A DNA stretch of 63,165 nt from an uncultured Candidatus Saccharibacteria bacterium (GCA_964596595.1 CAZQUI010000004.1:1-63165); one strand, 5' to 3'. Shown: positions 36,379 to 45,178, counted from the stretch's first letter. Made by a program: numbers and translations. The notes: generated by a model from the letters alone, not told the origin.

Positions 36379-36984
36379 TTATCCGACAATCTCGACTAAA
36401 GTTCCACGTTTACCGGGTATTGCTCCTGAAACATACATGACATTCTCTGTTGGGTCAATATGTACGATCTTGAGATTCTTAACGGTTATCCGATCTGAAC
36501 CCATACGACCCGCCATGCGTGTACCGACTGGAACACGTGTACGCAAACCTCCACCGATAGAACCCGGTTCACGTTCTGAATGTTTTTGACCATGAGTACG
36601 AGGTCCTCCACCGAAACCGTGTCTCTTGACTACACCTTGGAATCCCTTACCTTTTGAAGTGGCACTAACAGTAACATTGTCTCCTGAAGCGAATTGAGAA
36701 AGATCGATCTTGTCTCCAACCTTTAGTGATGGCTGATCAACTCTAAATTCTGTAATTGCAGCAAATGAGCCCAAATCTTTCAAATGTCCGCGAACAGCTT
36801 TTGATAAACGTTCTGGCTTACGAGAACCTTCACCTATTTGAAGAGCTTCATAACCATCTTTATCCTTTGTACGAACTTGTGTAACCACATTTGATCGCAC
36901 TGAAACAGCTGTAACAGGCACTGCTACTCCTTCAGTGGTAAAAATTTGGGTCATATTAAGCTTTCTTCCGAGGATGAATTTCAT
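36379..36984 (-). CDS. rplC: 50S ribosomal protein L3
   Basis: KLNMTQIF, SKGKGFQGVVKRHGF, REPGSIG, MAGRMG, GAIPG. Confidence 0.99.
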   Translation of the reverse strand: MKFILGRKLNMTQIFTTEGVAVPVTAVSVRSNVVTQVRTKDKDGYEALQIGEGSRKPERLSKAVRGHLKDLGSFAAITEFRVDQPSLKVGDKIDLSQFASGDNVTVSATSKGKGFQGVVKRHGFGGGPRTHGQKHSEREPGSIGGGLRTRVPVGTRMAGRMGSDRITVKNLKIVHIDPTENVMYVSGAIPGKRGTLVEIVG

Positions 36985-36999
36985 GGCAGTTCTTTTGCG

Positions 37000-37404
37000 T
37001 TACATCATTTTTACATCAATATTGACTCCTGACGGCAAACTAAGATTTGTCAGAGCTTCAATAACTTTTGGATTTGGATTTATAATATCAATGAGACGTT
37101 TGTGTACACGCATCTCAAATTGTTCACGAGAATTCTTGTCTATGAATGATGCGCGGTTGACCGTGTATTTCTTGATTTCGGTCGGCAAAGGCACCGGACC
37201 ATGTACTTCGGCATCATATCGAGCGGCTGTGTCCATGATCTGACGGAGCGAGGCATCAAGAATTTTGTGCTCGTATGCTCTGACACGGATGCGGAGGTGT
37301 GGTGCATCGCTTGAAACCGTGGCTTTGCGAGCACGAGCAGGTTTGTCACTGGCCGTTTTCGCAGTCTTAGCGGATTCATGAGATTTAGTTGTTTTTGAAA
37401 CCAT
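37000..37404 (-). CDS. rpsJ: 30S ribosomal protein S10 with basic N-terminal extension
   Basis: RIRVRAYEH..LD, GPVPLPT, SREQFE.RVHKRLIDI, GVNIDV. Confidence 0.98.
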   Translation of the reverse strand: MVSKTTKSHESAKTAKTASDKPARARKATVSSDAPHLRIRVRAYEHKILDASLRQIMDTAARYDAEVHGPVPLPTEIKKYTVNRASFIDKNSREQFEMRVHKRLIDIINPNPKVIEALTNLSLPSGVNIDVKMM

Positions 37405-37417
37405 GTTAATTTGTTGA

Positions 37418-37672
37418 CTAATTATATTGAACCTTCTCTGATAATGTCAGGATTCCAACTAAAACAATAAAAATAATTGACCAGACTATAATTCCAGAGA
37501 TACCATTTTGATAAAAACCCATAAAACCAAGACCGAAAGAGACAACTGCGGGAACCAAAGCAATCAATCCAATAATACGTGCCTTTTTTCCTTTTAATAC
37601 TTTATTTTTCGAAATTTTCATTTCCCCTCTCCAGAGAAGGAAGATTCCGACAATAAATAATATAATATCCAT
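37418..37672 (-). CDS. small 3-TM hypothetical membrane protein between tuf and rpsJ
   Basis: 84 aa, three hydrophobic segments, 9-nt and 13-nt gaps to neighbours. Confidence 0.75.
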   Translation of the reverse strand: MDIILFIVGIFLLWRGEMKISKNKVLKGKKARIIGLIALVPAVVSFGLGFMGFYQNGISGIIVWSIIFIVLVGILTLSEKVQYN

Positions 37673-37681
37673 TTCAATAAT

Positions 37682-38866
37682 TTAAGCGACTATTTTAGTG
37701 ATAACTCCTGCACCAACTGTCTTACCTCCTTCACGAACTGCAAAACGCTGTTGTGCATCAAGAGCAACTGGAGATACGAGTTTAACTTTGAAAGTAACAG
37801 TATCACCTGGCATAACCATTTCTTGAGTAAGAGTTACTTCACCAGTAACGTCTGTAGTACGAATATAGAACTGAGGCTTATAACCAGTAAAGAATGGAGT
37901 ATGACGACCACCTTCTTCTTTCTTAAGAACGTATACCTCTGCTTCAAACTCAGTATGAGGTTTTGAACTACCTGGTTTAGCGAGAACTTGACCACGAGAA
38001 ACACCATCTTTAGCCACACCACGAAGAAGAAGACCAGCATTATCTCCAGCAATAGCTTGCTTGAGTTGTTTATTGAACATTTCGATACCAGTTACAACGG
38101 TCTTGGAAGTATCTTTGAATCCAACGATTTCAACTTCATCGTTTAAGTTCAAAATACCGCGCTCTACACGACCAGTAACCACTGTTCCGCGTCCTTCGAT
38201 GGAGAAAATATCTTCGATAGGCATAAGGAAAGGTTTATCAGTTTCACGAACTGGCTCTGGGATAAAGGTATCCAAAGCATTCATAAGTTCATCGATCTTA
38301 GCTGTCCAAACAGGATCTCCTTCGAGAGCCTTAAGACCTGAACCACGAATAACTGGAGCTGCTTTACCATCGAAACCGTTTTTAGTGAGGAGTTCACGCA
38401 CTTCTTCCTCAACAAGATCCAAAAGATCAGCTTCTGCTACAGCGTCACATTTGTTAAGAAACACAAGAACACGAGGAACACCAACTTGCTTTGCAAGAAG
38501 GATATGTTCGCGTGTTTGCGGCATAACACCATCAAGAGCAGATACTACTAGAATAGCACCGTCCATTTGAGCGGCACCGGTAATCATGTTCTTGATATAG
38601 TCAGCGTGACCTGGGGCGTCTATGTGAGCATAATGACGTTTATCTGACTCGTATTCTACGTGAGCCAAAGAAATAGTAACTATTTTTGATGCATCACGAA
38701 CAGTTCCTCCTTTTGCGATATCTGCATAAGCTTTTGCATTTGCGAGACCTTTTTTTGATTGAACCGCCAAGATAGAGGCTGTCAAAGTAGTTTTGCCGTG
38801 GTCAACGTGACCAATTGTTCCAACGTTTACGTGTGGCTTTGTACGATTGAATTCTGCTGTTGCCAT
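37682..38866 (-). CDS. tuf: elongation factor Tu with atypical switch I
   Basis: [39 protein letters not shown]; switch I reads [16 protein letters not shown]. Confidence 0.99.
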   Translation of the reverse strand: MATAEFNRTKPHVNVGTIGHVDHGKTTLTASILAVQSKKGLANAKAYADIAKGGTVRDASKIVTISLAHVEYESDKRHYAHIDAPGHADYIKNMITGAAQMDGAILVVSALDGVMPQTREHILLAKQVGVPRVLVFLNKCDAVAEADLLDLVEEEVRELLTKNGFDGKAAPVIRGSGLKALEGDPVWTAKIDELMNALDTFIPEPVRETDKPFLMPIEDIFSIEGRGTVVTGRVERGILNLNDEVEIVGFKDTSKTVVTGIEMFNKQLKQAIAGDNAGLLLRGVAKDGVSRGQVLAKPGSSKPHTEFEAEVYVLKKEEGGRHTPFFTGYKPQFYIRTTDVTGEVTLTQEMVMPGDTVTFKVKLVSPVALDAQQRFAVREGGKTVGAGVITKIVA

Positions 38867-39002
38867 AATATTATTTTATTGCCCTGTATTTTTTGAGTGC
38901 CATCGCCTGGGTGCGTGCGTAACGCGCAGACGACATAACTCAAAAAATGAAGGGATAAATTATTAAAGTTTATTAAAAACGCCAAATAGGCGCGTAATTG
39001 CC

Positions 39003-39031
39003 ATACTAGCATTAGTTACTTATAACGTCAA
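39003..39031 (-). promoter_or_regulatory. sigma70 promoter of tuf-rpsJ-rplB
   Basis: TTGACG (39031-39026), 17 nt, TAGTAT (39008-39003), TGn extension. Confidence 0.8.
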
Positions 39032-39036
39032 CAAAA
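39020..39036. repeat. 17-bp direct repeat, copy 1
   Basis: ttataacgtcaacaaaa, identical to 41507-41523. Confidence 0.9.
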
Positions 39037-39090
39037 TGTACACCTGCTACATATAGTGCTTCTTAGTTAAAAAATATTACTACAATATAA

Positions 39091-41322
39091 TTACCCCGAT
39101 TGAGCAGAAATAAATAGAACAGGTGCTGGTTTAAGAGGAACGATAAATACAGGTACTTCAAGAGTTGTCAGGTTGCCTGCTTGGTCCCTAGAATATACTT
39201 TGATGTAATATGACATTCCACGAGTAAGATCAGGAATGATAACTGAATGGTTAGATGTATATGTAGTAGAAATCGTTGGTATCATCATACCTGGTAACGA
39301 AGTACCATATTCAACTTGAGTTGTTGCATCTTCATTTGTAACCCAAGATATCTCAATACTTTTATTAAAGAGTTTCTTTAGTCTTAAATTAGAGATCACT
39401 GGCGCTATGGTATCTGGAGTGTTATGAGGTGACATATTATCCTCACCAACTTTTAATACAACAAAAACATTAAACTCTATTGGTGTATGATCTTTATTTA
39501 AATGATTAACATTACCAATAATTGGTGATACTACTTGCAAGTTCAAAGGCAAAACAACATTTGGATCAAACGATCTGTAAGTACCATTTACCACTGGTGT
39601 GCCGAAATAATTTTGCGCATCTCTAATCTCAAATTTGTCTCCATCTACAAGTCCTGATGTACTCAAATCTAATGTTACACTATTATTTTTTTGCCAATTC
39701 CATACAACTATATTTGCTCTCCCTTTTTCGTATTTATTTGGACGTATAATAATCTTATTTTCAGGAATATCTGTTAAACTTAGAGTACTGTTTTTCTCCC
39801 ATGTTGGCAAATCACTTAAATACTTCCAACCAGGAGCACTATATGGCGATATTTCCCAACCGGCTTTAGTCAAAACCCTAGGATCATTTTCATCAAACTG
39901 ATCTGCTCCATAGTATTTATTATAATTCCAATCGGCATTTGAATAACTAAAACCTGTTGGCATAATAAAACTAAGAACTACTCTATTTGCTCCAAAATTA
40001 TAAAAGGTGTTATTTTTTACTGTAACTTTTTGGTATTCTTTTATCCCAAACACTCCCCCATCTACACCACTAGGCATAGCTTCTGCCACATAATTACCAA
40101 TAGCAACTGCTTCTCCGTTATTTTTTGCTACATAACCAAAACCAATACCATTCCGATAAGCATTGTTATAATTAATGGTATTTAAATTGGCTGGCTGTAC
40201 AGCAGTTGTAATAGCGATACCTCTATCAGGATTATCAAAGACTATGTTACCTTCAAATGTAACACCGTTACAAAAACCACTTTCACCGTGACATTTCATT
40301 CCACCAGTAAAATTTTTAAATGATATAACGTCACTAATTAGAATATTGCCCACTTCGTTTTGACTATAAATACCTCCTCCTCTGGTCCATCCGTTTGGTT
40401 GAGAAGGATTTGAATTATCATAAATACCATTCCCCCACAAAAGATTGCCGTATATTTCACCTTGGTCAGATTGCTTCCAAAAACCAATTGCAGGATGTCC
40501 AACATTATAAATAATATTATTTATTGACTTATTACCAACTCCTACCGCTTGTAAATTTAATCCGCAACCTTTGTTAAACTGATCAGTAAAACGTTCTTCA
40601 CGTACACTAGTAATTTCTAATCCCCAAAACCAGGTATAACTTCCACTATGATCTATAATGCAACCACCTTTGATAATAGCTGTACCCACTGGAATATTTA
40701 CAAAATCTGCGGGCGCAGAGGCAACTTCAACATTATATTTGTTAGCATCTGCAGGATTTTTACTGTAAACACTAGAAGGATTCAAAAGATACAAACCAAT
40801 ACCATTTATTCGCGCCGTATAACCAAGTGGCCATTTTTCACCATTAGTAATACGCATCTCGTATCTAGTCGTCCAACCACTTATAGGTGTAATAGGTTCT
40901 GCTAAAGTAGCTTGAAAATTATCATTTATAACAACCTTTTCATTATTATAATTTCTAACGACAATTGGAGCAGAAGCTGTGCCTTTAATCTTACTTGTAA
41001 ACGGACCAGTATATGTTCCACTTCTCAACCATATCGTATCTCCTGGTTTTACTACATAATTTTTATTTGTTGAAACAGTATTATCTTCCAACGCCGTTAT
41101 TAAATCCCAAGGATTATTAATGCTACCATCTCCAGACGATGAACCTGTTGGGGAAACATACCAAGAAGAACCACCTGTACCAACTAAAGCCAATTGAGTA
41201 TTAAATACTAAACTTATTTTATTATATTGATTTAAAAAATAAACCGTAGAAATTGTAGCCATAAGGGCCACGAGTCCAACAAAAAAAGTAGCTACGTACG
41301 AAAATTTATAATTATAAGACAT
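39091..41322 (-). CDS. membrane-anchored right-handed beta-helix protein with C-terminal fibronectin type III domain
   Basis: N-terminal TM; WYVSPTG..GDGS..NPW start; N/G-rich beta-helix rungs; RPNKYEKGRANIVVWNW; Fn3 motif WVTNEDATTQVEYG...YYIKVYSRDQAGN. Confidence 0.85.
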   Translation of the reverse strand: MSYNYKFSYVATFFVGLVALMATISTVYFLNQYNKISLVFNTQLALVGTGGSSWYVSPTGSSSGDGSINNPWDLITALEDNTVSTNKNYVVKPGDTIWLRSGTYTGPFTSKIKGTASAPIVVRNYNNEKVVINDNFQATLAEPITPISGWTTRYEMRITNGEKWPLGYTARINGIGLYLLNPSSVYSKNPADANKYNVEVASAPADFVNIPVGTAIIKGGCIIDHSGSYTWFWGLEITSVREERFTDQFNKGCGLNLQAVGVGNKSINNIIYNVGHPAIGFWKQSDQGEIYGNLLWGNGIYDNSNPSQPNGWTRGGGIYSQNEVGNILISDVISFKNFTGGMKCHGESGFCNGVTFEGNIVFDNPDRGIAITTAVQPANLNTINYNNAYRNGIGFGYVAKNNGEAVAIGNYVAEAMPSGVDGGVFGIKEYQKVTVKNNTFYNFGANRVVLSFIMPTGFSYSNADWNYNKYYGADQFDENDPRVLTKAGWEISPYSAPGWKYLSDLPTWEKNSTLSLTDIPENKIIIRPNKYEKGRANIVVWNWQKNNSVTLDLSTSGLVDGDKFEIRDAQNYFGTPVVNGTYRSFDPNVVLPLNLQVVSPIIGNVNHLNKDHTPIEFNVFVVLKVGEDNMSPHNTPDTIAPVISNLRLKKLFNKSIEISWVTNEDATTQVEYGTSLPGMMIPTISTTYTSNHSVIIPDLTRGMSYYIKVYSRDQAGNLTTLEVPVFIVPLKPAPVLFISAQSG

Positions 41323-41506
41323 GGTGATAAATAAATTAATAAATAAAAATTGTGTCCTCGAGATATAGAAGGACAGACAGTTTTAAAAGAGAGGATCCAT
41401 CGAGGACTTTATTATATCAAAATAAACTACAGTAATTATCCACATTAAACATGCTAAACAATCTCCTTCCGGACAAAGTTTAATCAGAGTCCAAGGAGGA
41501 AATAAT

Positions 41507-41523
41507 TTATAACGTCAACAAAA
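41507..41523. repeat. 17-bp direct repeat, copy 2
   Basis: ttataacgtcaacaaaa, identical to 39020-39036. Confidence 0.9.
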
Positions 41524-41553
41524 AACGCCCTGATTTACATTAGAGCGTTTTTT
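41520..41553 (-). terminator. intrinsic terminator abutting repeat copy 2
   Basis: AAAAACGCTCTAA...TCAGGGCGTTTTTT on the minus strand. Confidence 0.75.
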
Positions 41554-41624
41554 GTTTCTAAAATTTTAGATTTAGTTTAGGGCTTTATATGATGCATTTA
41601 ATGTACCTAGATCAAATTACATCT

Positions 41625-41744
41625 TTAGTATCCAATGATAATTGCCTGCACAGCTGATGAACTGTATGTAAGCCAAGCCAAAAAAGCTAAAATAAGAACA
41701 TACTTCAAATTATCTGTTAAAAAATCTTTTTTTCGTGTAGACAT
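41625..41744 (-). CDS. putative 39-aa single-TM small protein (MSTRKKDFLTDNLKYVLILAFLAWLTYSSSAVQAIIIGY)
   Basis: Translated by hand (below the track cut-off); lies between two terminators; basic N-terminus then a hydrophobic stretch. Confidence 0.45.
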   Translation of the reverse strand: MSTRKKDFLTDNLKYVLILAFLAWLTYSSSAVQAIIIGY

Positions 41745-41822
41745 AATTTATATTAATTATTATATAAGAATTATAACAGTATAAAAGTGTAATGTTATCC
41801 CCATAGCCAAAAAATTCAATGC

Positions 41823-41870
41823 ACAAAAACAATAACCAAACTCCAGTGAGAGTTTGGTTATTGTTTTTGT
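41823..41870 (-). terminator. terminator after fusA
   Basis: acaaaaacaataaccaaactc...gagtttggttattgtttttgt long perfect inverted repeat. Confidence 0.85.
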
Positions 41871-41885
41871 AACTTGGATATTCTA

Positions 41886-44030
41886 TTACTTTCTCTTCTC
41901 AGCAATCTCCTTTTCTACATTAGATGGTACAACTTCATAATGATCGAACTCCATCATGGCACTACCTTGACCTGAAGTCATAGAACGAAGCGCAGTGGTA
42001 TAACCAAACATTTCTGAAAGTGGAACCTTTGCATGAATTGCGATATTTTGACCACGAGGTTCAGAACCTTCAACTTGACCACGTTTTGAAGCAATAGAAC
42101 CATTGACATCACCCATGTATTTTTCAGGAGCAATAACTTCTAATTTCATAATTGGCTCTAGAATTACTGGCTTGGAACGTTTAGCAGCTTCCTGAAAAGC
42201 TTGTGAAGCAGCAATTTTGTAAGCAATTTCAGATGAATCGACGTCATGGTAAGAACCGTGGATAAGTTCACAGGAAACATTTACCATACGAAAACCAGCA
42301 ACAATACCTCGATCCATGGCTTCATGAACACCTTTTTCAACTGCAGGAATAAATTCGTTAGGAATCACACCACCCTTGATTGAGTTGATAAATTCAAAAT
42401 CATCGTACCGTTTAATATTTTTTGGAATCTTCTCACCTTCTGGCCAAGCTTCCATTGGTTTCAAAATTATTTTTACGTGACCATATTGACCTTTACCTCC
42501 TGTCTGTTTGATATATTTATGTTCTGCTTCGGCGGTACCCATAATAGTTTCACGATAGGCAACCTGTGGCTCTCCTACATTTGCTTCAACTCCAAATTCA
42601 CGTTTCATACGATCGATCATAATTTCTAAATGAAGTTCACCCATGCCAGAAATGATAGTTTCTCCTGTTTCTGGATTTGAAGAAATTCTAAATGTTGGAT
42701 CTTCGTTACCAAGTTTCTTAAGAGCCATACCCATCTTTTCTTGGTCAGCTTTTGTCTTTGGTTCAATACGTAGAGAAACCACTGGTTCCATGAACTTGAT
42801 AGTTTCGAGAACAATAGGATTGTTTTCATCACAAAATGTATGAGAAGTTAAAGCATCTTTTAGACCAACGGCGGCGGCGATTTCCCCAGCAAAAACTTTT
42901 TTAACTTCTTCACGCTTATCTGCTTGCAGACGAACTATGCGACCCAATCTTTCTTTTTTACCCGTTGTTGAGTTGTAAAGATATGATCCAGACTCTACTG
43001 AACCAGAATATACACGGAAGAATGTAAGGGCTCCTACAAACGGATCGTTTTGAAGTTTGAAAGCAAGAGCTGAAAAAGGCTCTGTGTCTGAAGCGTGACG
43101 AATAACTTCTTCACCAGTATTTGGATTGATACCTTTTACAGGAGGAATATCTAAAGGCGATGGAAGATAATCGACAACAGCATCTAGAACCAACTGAACT
43201 CCAACATTTTTGAGAGCAGAACCAGTAAATACCGGGAAAATTTTATTTGCAATCACGGCTTTACGTGTAAGACCCTTGAGTTCTTCCATTGTAAACTCCT
43301 TACCTTCAAGGAAATGAGACATTGTGGCATCATCAGTTTCTACAATCTTTTCGATCATTTCAGCACGATACTTCTTTGCTTCTACCATCATTTCTTCTGG
43401 GATCTCTTTTTCAATTATATTAATGCCTTTTTCACCTTCAAAATAAAAAGCTTTCATGCGCATAAGATCGACAACTCCAACATGGTCACCTTCGAGACCA
43501 ATAGGTAATTGAAAACGAATAGCATTTTTATTGAGACGGTCTAAAATAGAAGCAAAAGAACGCTCAAAAGAAGCACCTGTTCTGTCCATTTTATTGATAA
43601 AACAAAGGCGTGGTACGTTACCCTCGTCAGCATAACGCCAATTTGTTTCAGATTGAGGCTCCACACCAGCAACTCCATCGAAAACTACAACTGCACCATC
43701 TAGAACGCGAAGTGAACGTTTTACTTCTACAGTAAAGTCGATATGTCCTGGAGTGTCAATGATATTGAAGCGGACCTTTTTGGAAACATCCTCTTTTGGC
43801 ATATAGGTTGGATTCCAAAAACAGGTGATAGCAGCTGCAGTAATAGTAATACCACGTTCTCGCTCTTGTTCCATCCAATCAGTAGTAGTTTCACCTTCAT
43901 GGACTTCGCCGATCTTGTGGATCATGCCTGTATAGTAAAGAATACGTTCTGAAGTTGTGGTTTTACCCGCATCAATATGAGCAATGATGCCGAAGTTACG
44001 CATGCGTTCAAGTGGATAGTCGCGATTCAT
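41886..44030 (-). CDS. fusA: elongation factor G
   Basis: RNFGIIAHIDAGKTT, EQERGITI, DTPGH, NKMD; true start MNRDY at 44030, the track start overlaps rpsG. Confidence 0.99.
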   Translation of the reverse strand: MNRDYPLERMRNFGIIAHIDAGKTTTSERILYYTGMIHKIGEVHEGETTTDWMEQERERGITITAAAITCFWNPTYMPKEDVSKKVRFNIIDTPGHIDFTVEVKRSLRVLDGAVVVFDGVAGVEPQSETNWRYADEGNVPRLCFINKMDRTGASFERSFASILDRLNKNAIRFQLPIGLEGDHVGVVDLMRMKAFYFEGEKGINIIEKEIPEEMMVEAKKYRAEMIEKIVETDDATMSHFLEGKEFTMEELKGLTRKAVIANKIFPVFTGSALKNVGVQLVLDAVVDYLPSPLDIPPVKGINPNTGEEVIRHASDTEPFSALAFKLQNDPFVGALTFFRVYSGSVESGSYLYNSTTGKKERLGRIVRLQADKREEVKKVFAGEIAAAVGLKDALTSHTFCDENNPIVLETIKFMEPVVSLRIEPKTKADQEKMGMALKKLGNEDPTFRISSNPETGETIISGMGELHLEIMIDRMKREFGVEANVGEPQVAYRETIMGTAEAEHKYIKQTGGKGQYGHVKIILKPMEAWPEGEKIPKNIKRYDDFEFINSIKGGVIPNEFIPAVEKGVHEAMDRGIVAGFRMVNVSCELIHGSYHDVDSSEIAYKIAASQAFQEAAKRSKPVILEPIMKLEVIAPEKYMGDVNGSIASKRGQVEGSEPRGQNIAIHAKVPLSEMFGYTTALRSMTSGQGSAMMEFDHYEVVPSNVEKEIAEKRK

Positions 44031-44067
44031 ATTAATCTTTAAAATTATATTACGATAAATTATTATA

Positions 44068-44538
44068 CTACCATGCAAAGTGAGCAAAAGCTTTATTAGC
44101 TTCAGCCATTTTGTGAACATTTTCACGCTTTTTAACTGCTTCACCTTCATTTTTAGAAGCGGCAATTATTTCATCAGCCAATTTTTCGGCTATAGGTTTA
44201 CCTTTTTTACCTCGAGCAGCTTCAACTATCCATTTCATGGACAAAGCCTGTTTACGCTCTGGTCGAACTTCACGTGGAACCTGATAGTTGGCACCACCCA
44301 CACGACGAGAACGGACTTCCATGAGAGGAGAAGTATTTTTTAAAGCCAATTCAAATAATTCCATAGGATTCTCAGTTTTTGCTTTTTCTTTTATAAGATC
44401 CATACAATCATGCACGATTGAACGAGCAATGTTCTTTTTTCCTGATTCCATTACGTAATTGATCAATTTTGAAATTTTTAGAGAATCATAAACTGAATCT
44501 ATTTCTAATTCTCTTTTTATATTTAATTTGCGTCGCAT
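44068..44538 (-). CDS. rpsG: 30S ribosomal protein S7
   Basis: [34 protein letters not shown]. Confidence 0.99.
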   Translation of the reverse strand: MRRKLNIKRELEIDSVYDSLKISKLINYVMESGKKNIARSIVHDCMDLIKEKAKTENPMELFELALKNTSPLMEVRSRRVGGANYQVPREVRPERKQALSMKWIVEAARGKKGKPIAEKLADEIIAASKNEGEAVKKRENVHKMAEANKAFAHFAW

Positions 44539-44543
44539 GATAG

Positions 44544-44963
44544 TTATACTTTAGCTACTTTTGGTTTTTTATTTCCGTACTGACTACGACCTTTACGGCG
44601 CTTTTCAACACCAGTGCAGTCCAAAACCCCACGAACAATTGAATAACGAAGACCGACATCTTTTACACGACCACCGCGAAGTAATACTACAGAGTGTTCT
44701 TGTAAAGCGTGACCTTCCCCTGGAATGTAAGCCGTAACTTCTACACCATTTGAAAGACGGACACGGGCAATCTTACGAACAGCTGAGTTTGGTTTCTTTG
44801 GAGTTTTTGTTGTAACTTTTACACATACACCACGTTTGAATGGTGAAGGAAAGAAAACCGGACGATTTTCGATACTATTGAAAGTACGGGTCAAAGCGAT
44901 TGATTTTGATTTTCGCTTAAACAACTTTCTACTCTTTCTTGTGAGCTGATTAATTGTTGGCAT
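44544..44963 (-). CDS. rpsL: 30S ribosomal protein S12
   Basis: [43 protein letters not shown]. Confidence 0.99.
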   Translation of the reverse strand: MPTINQLTRKSRKLFKRKSKSIALTRTFNSIENRPVFFPSPFKRGVCVKVTTKTPKKPNSAVRKIARVRLSNGVEVTAYIPGEGHALQEHSVVLLRGGRVKDVGLRYSIVRGVLDCTGVEKRRKGRSQYGNKKPKVAKV

Positions 44964-45100
44964 ATTTACTAAATTACAAACTTAATTGGCAAAACTGAAT
45001 TCTTCATGATTTTGAGCTTGAGTTTTTACCCTAATCATTACTCAGCTTTACCTTGATAAACAAACCTATTTCAAAAATTACTTTCTGAGACAGTGAGAGT

Positions 45101-45129
45101 ACCTTACCACAACACCTCATTCGTGACAA
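45101..45129 (-). promoter_or_regulatory. sigma70 promoter of rpsL-rpsG-fusA
   Basis: TTGTCA (45129-45124), 17 nt, TAAGGT (45106-45101), TGn extension. Confidence 0.65.
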
Positions 45130-45137
45130 GAATGAAA

Positions 45138-45165
45138 CAGGACCCTCTCCTGAGAGAGGGTCCTG
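45138..45165 (-). terminator. strong hairpin after the 49-aa ORF
   Basis: caggaccctctc-ctga-gagagggtcctg, 12-bp perfect stem. Confidence 0.75.
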
Positions 45166-45178
45166 GTGAAAAAACTAC

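Noticed and set aside
41436-41444. Perfect DnaA box TTATCCACA, with a 1-mismatch box at 41795-41803
   Set aside because: Too few boxes, no dnaA/dnaN nearby and no change in gene orientation; not supportable as oriC
44031-44165. 45-aa N-terminal extension of EF-G in the ORF track
   Set aside because: Overlaps the rpsG 3' end; the conserved start is ATG 44030. Similar over-long starts were trimmed for rpsN, recJ, ABC-F and the 13205 gene
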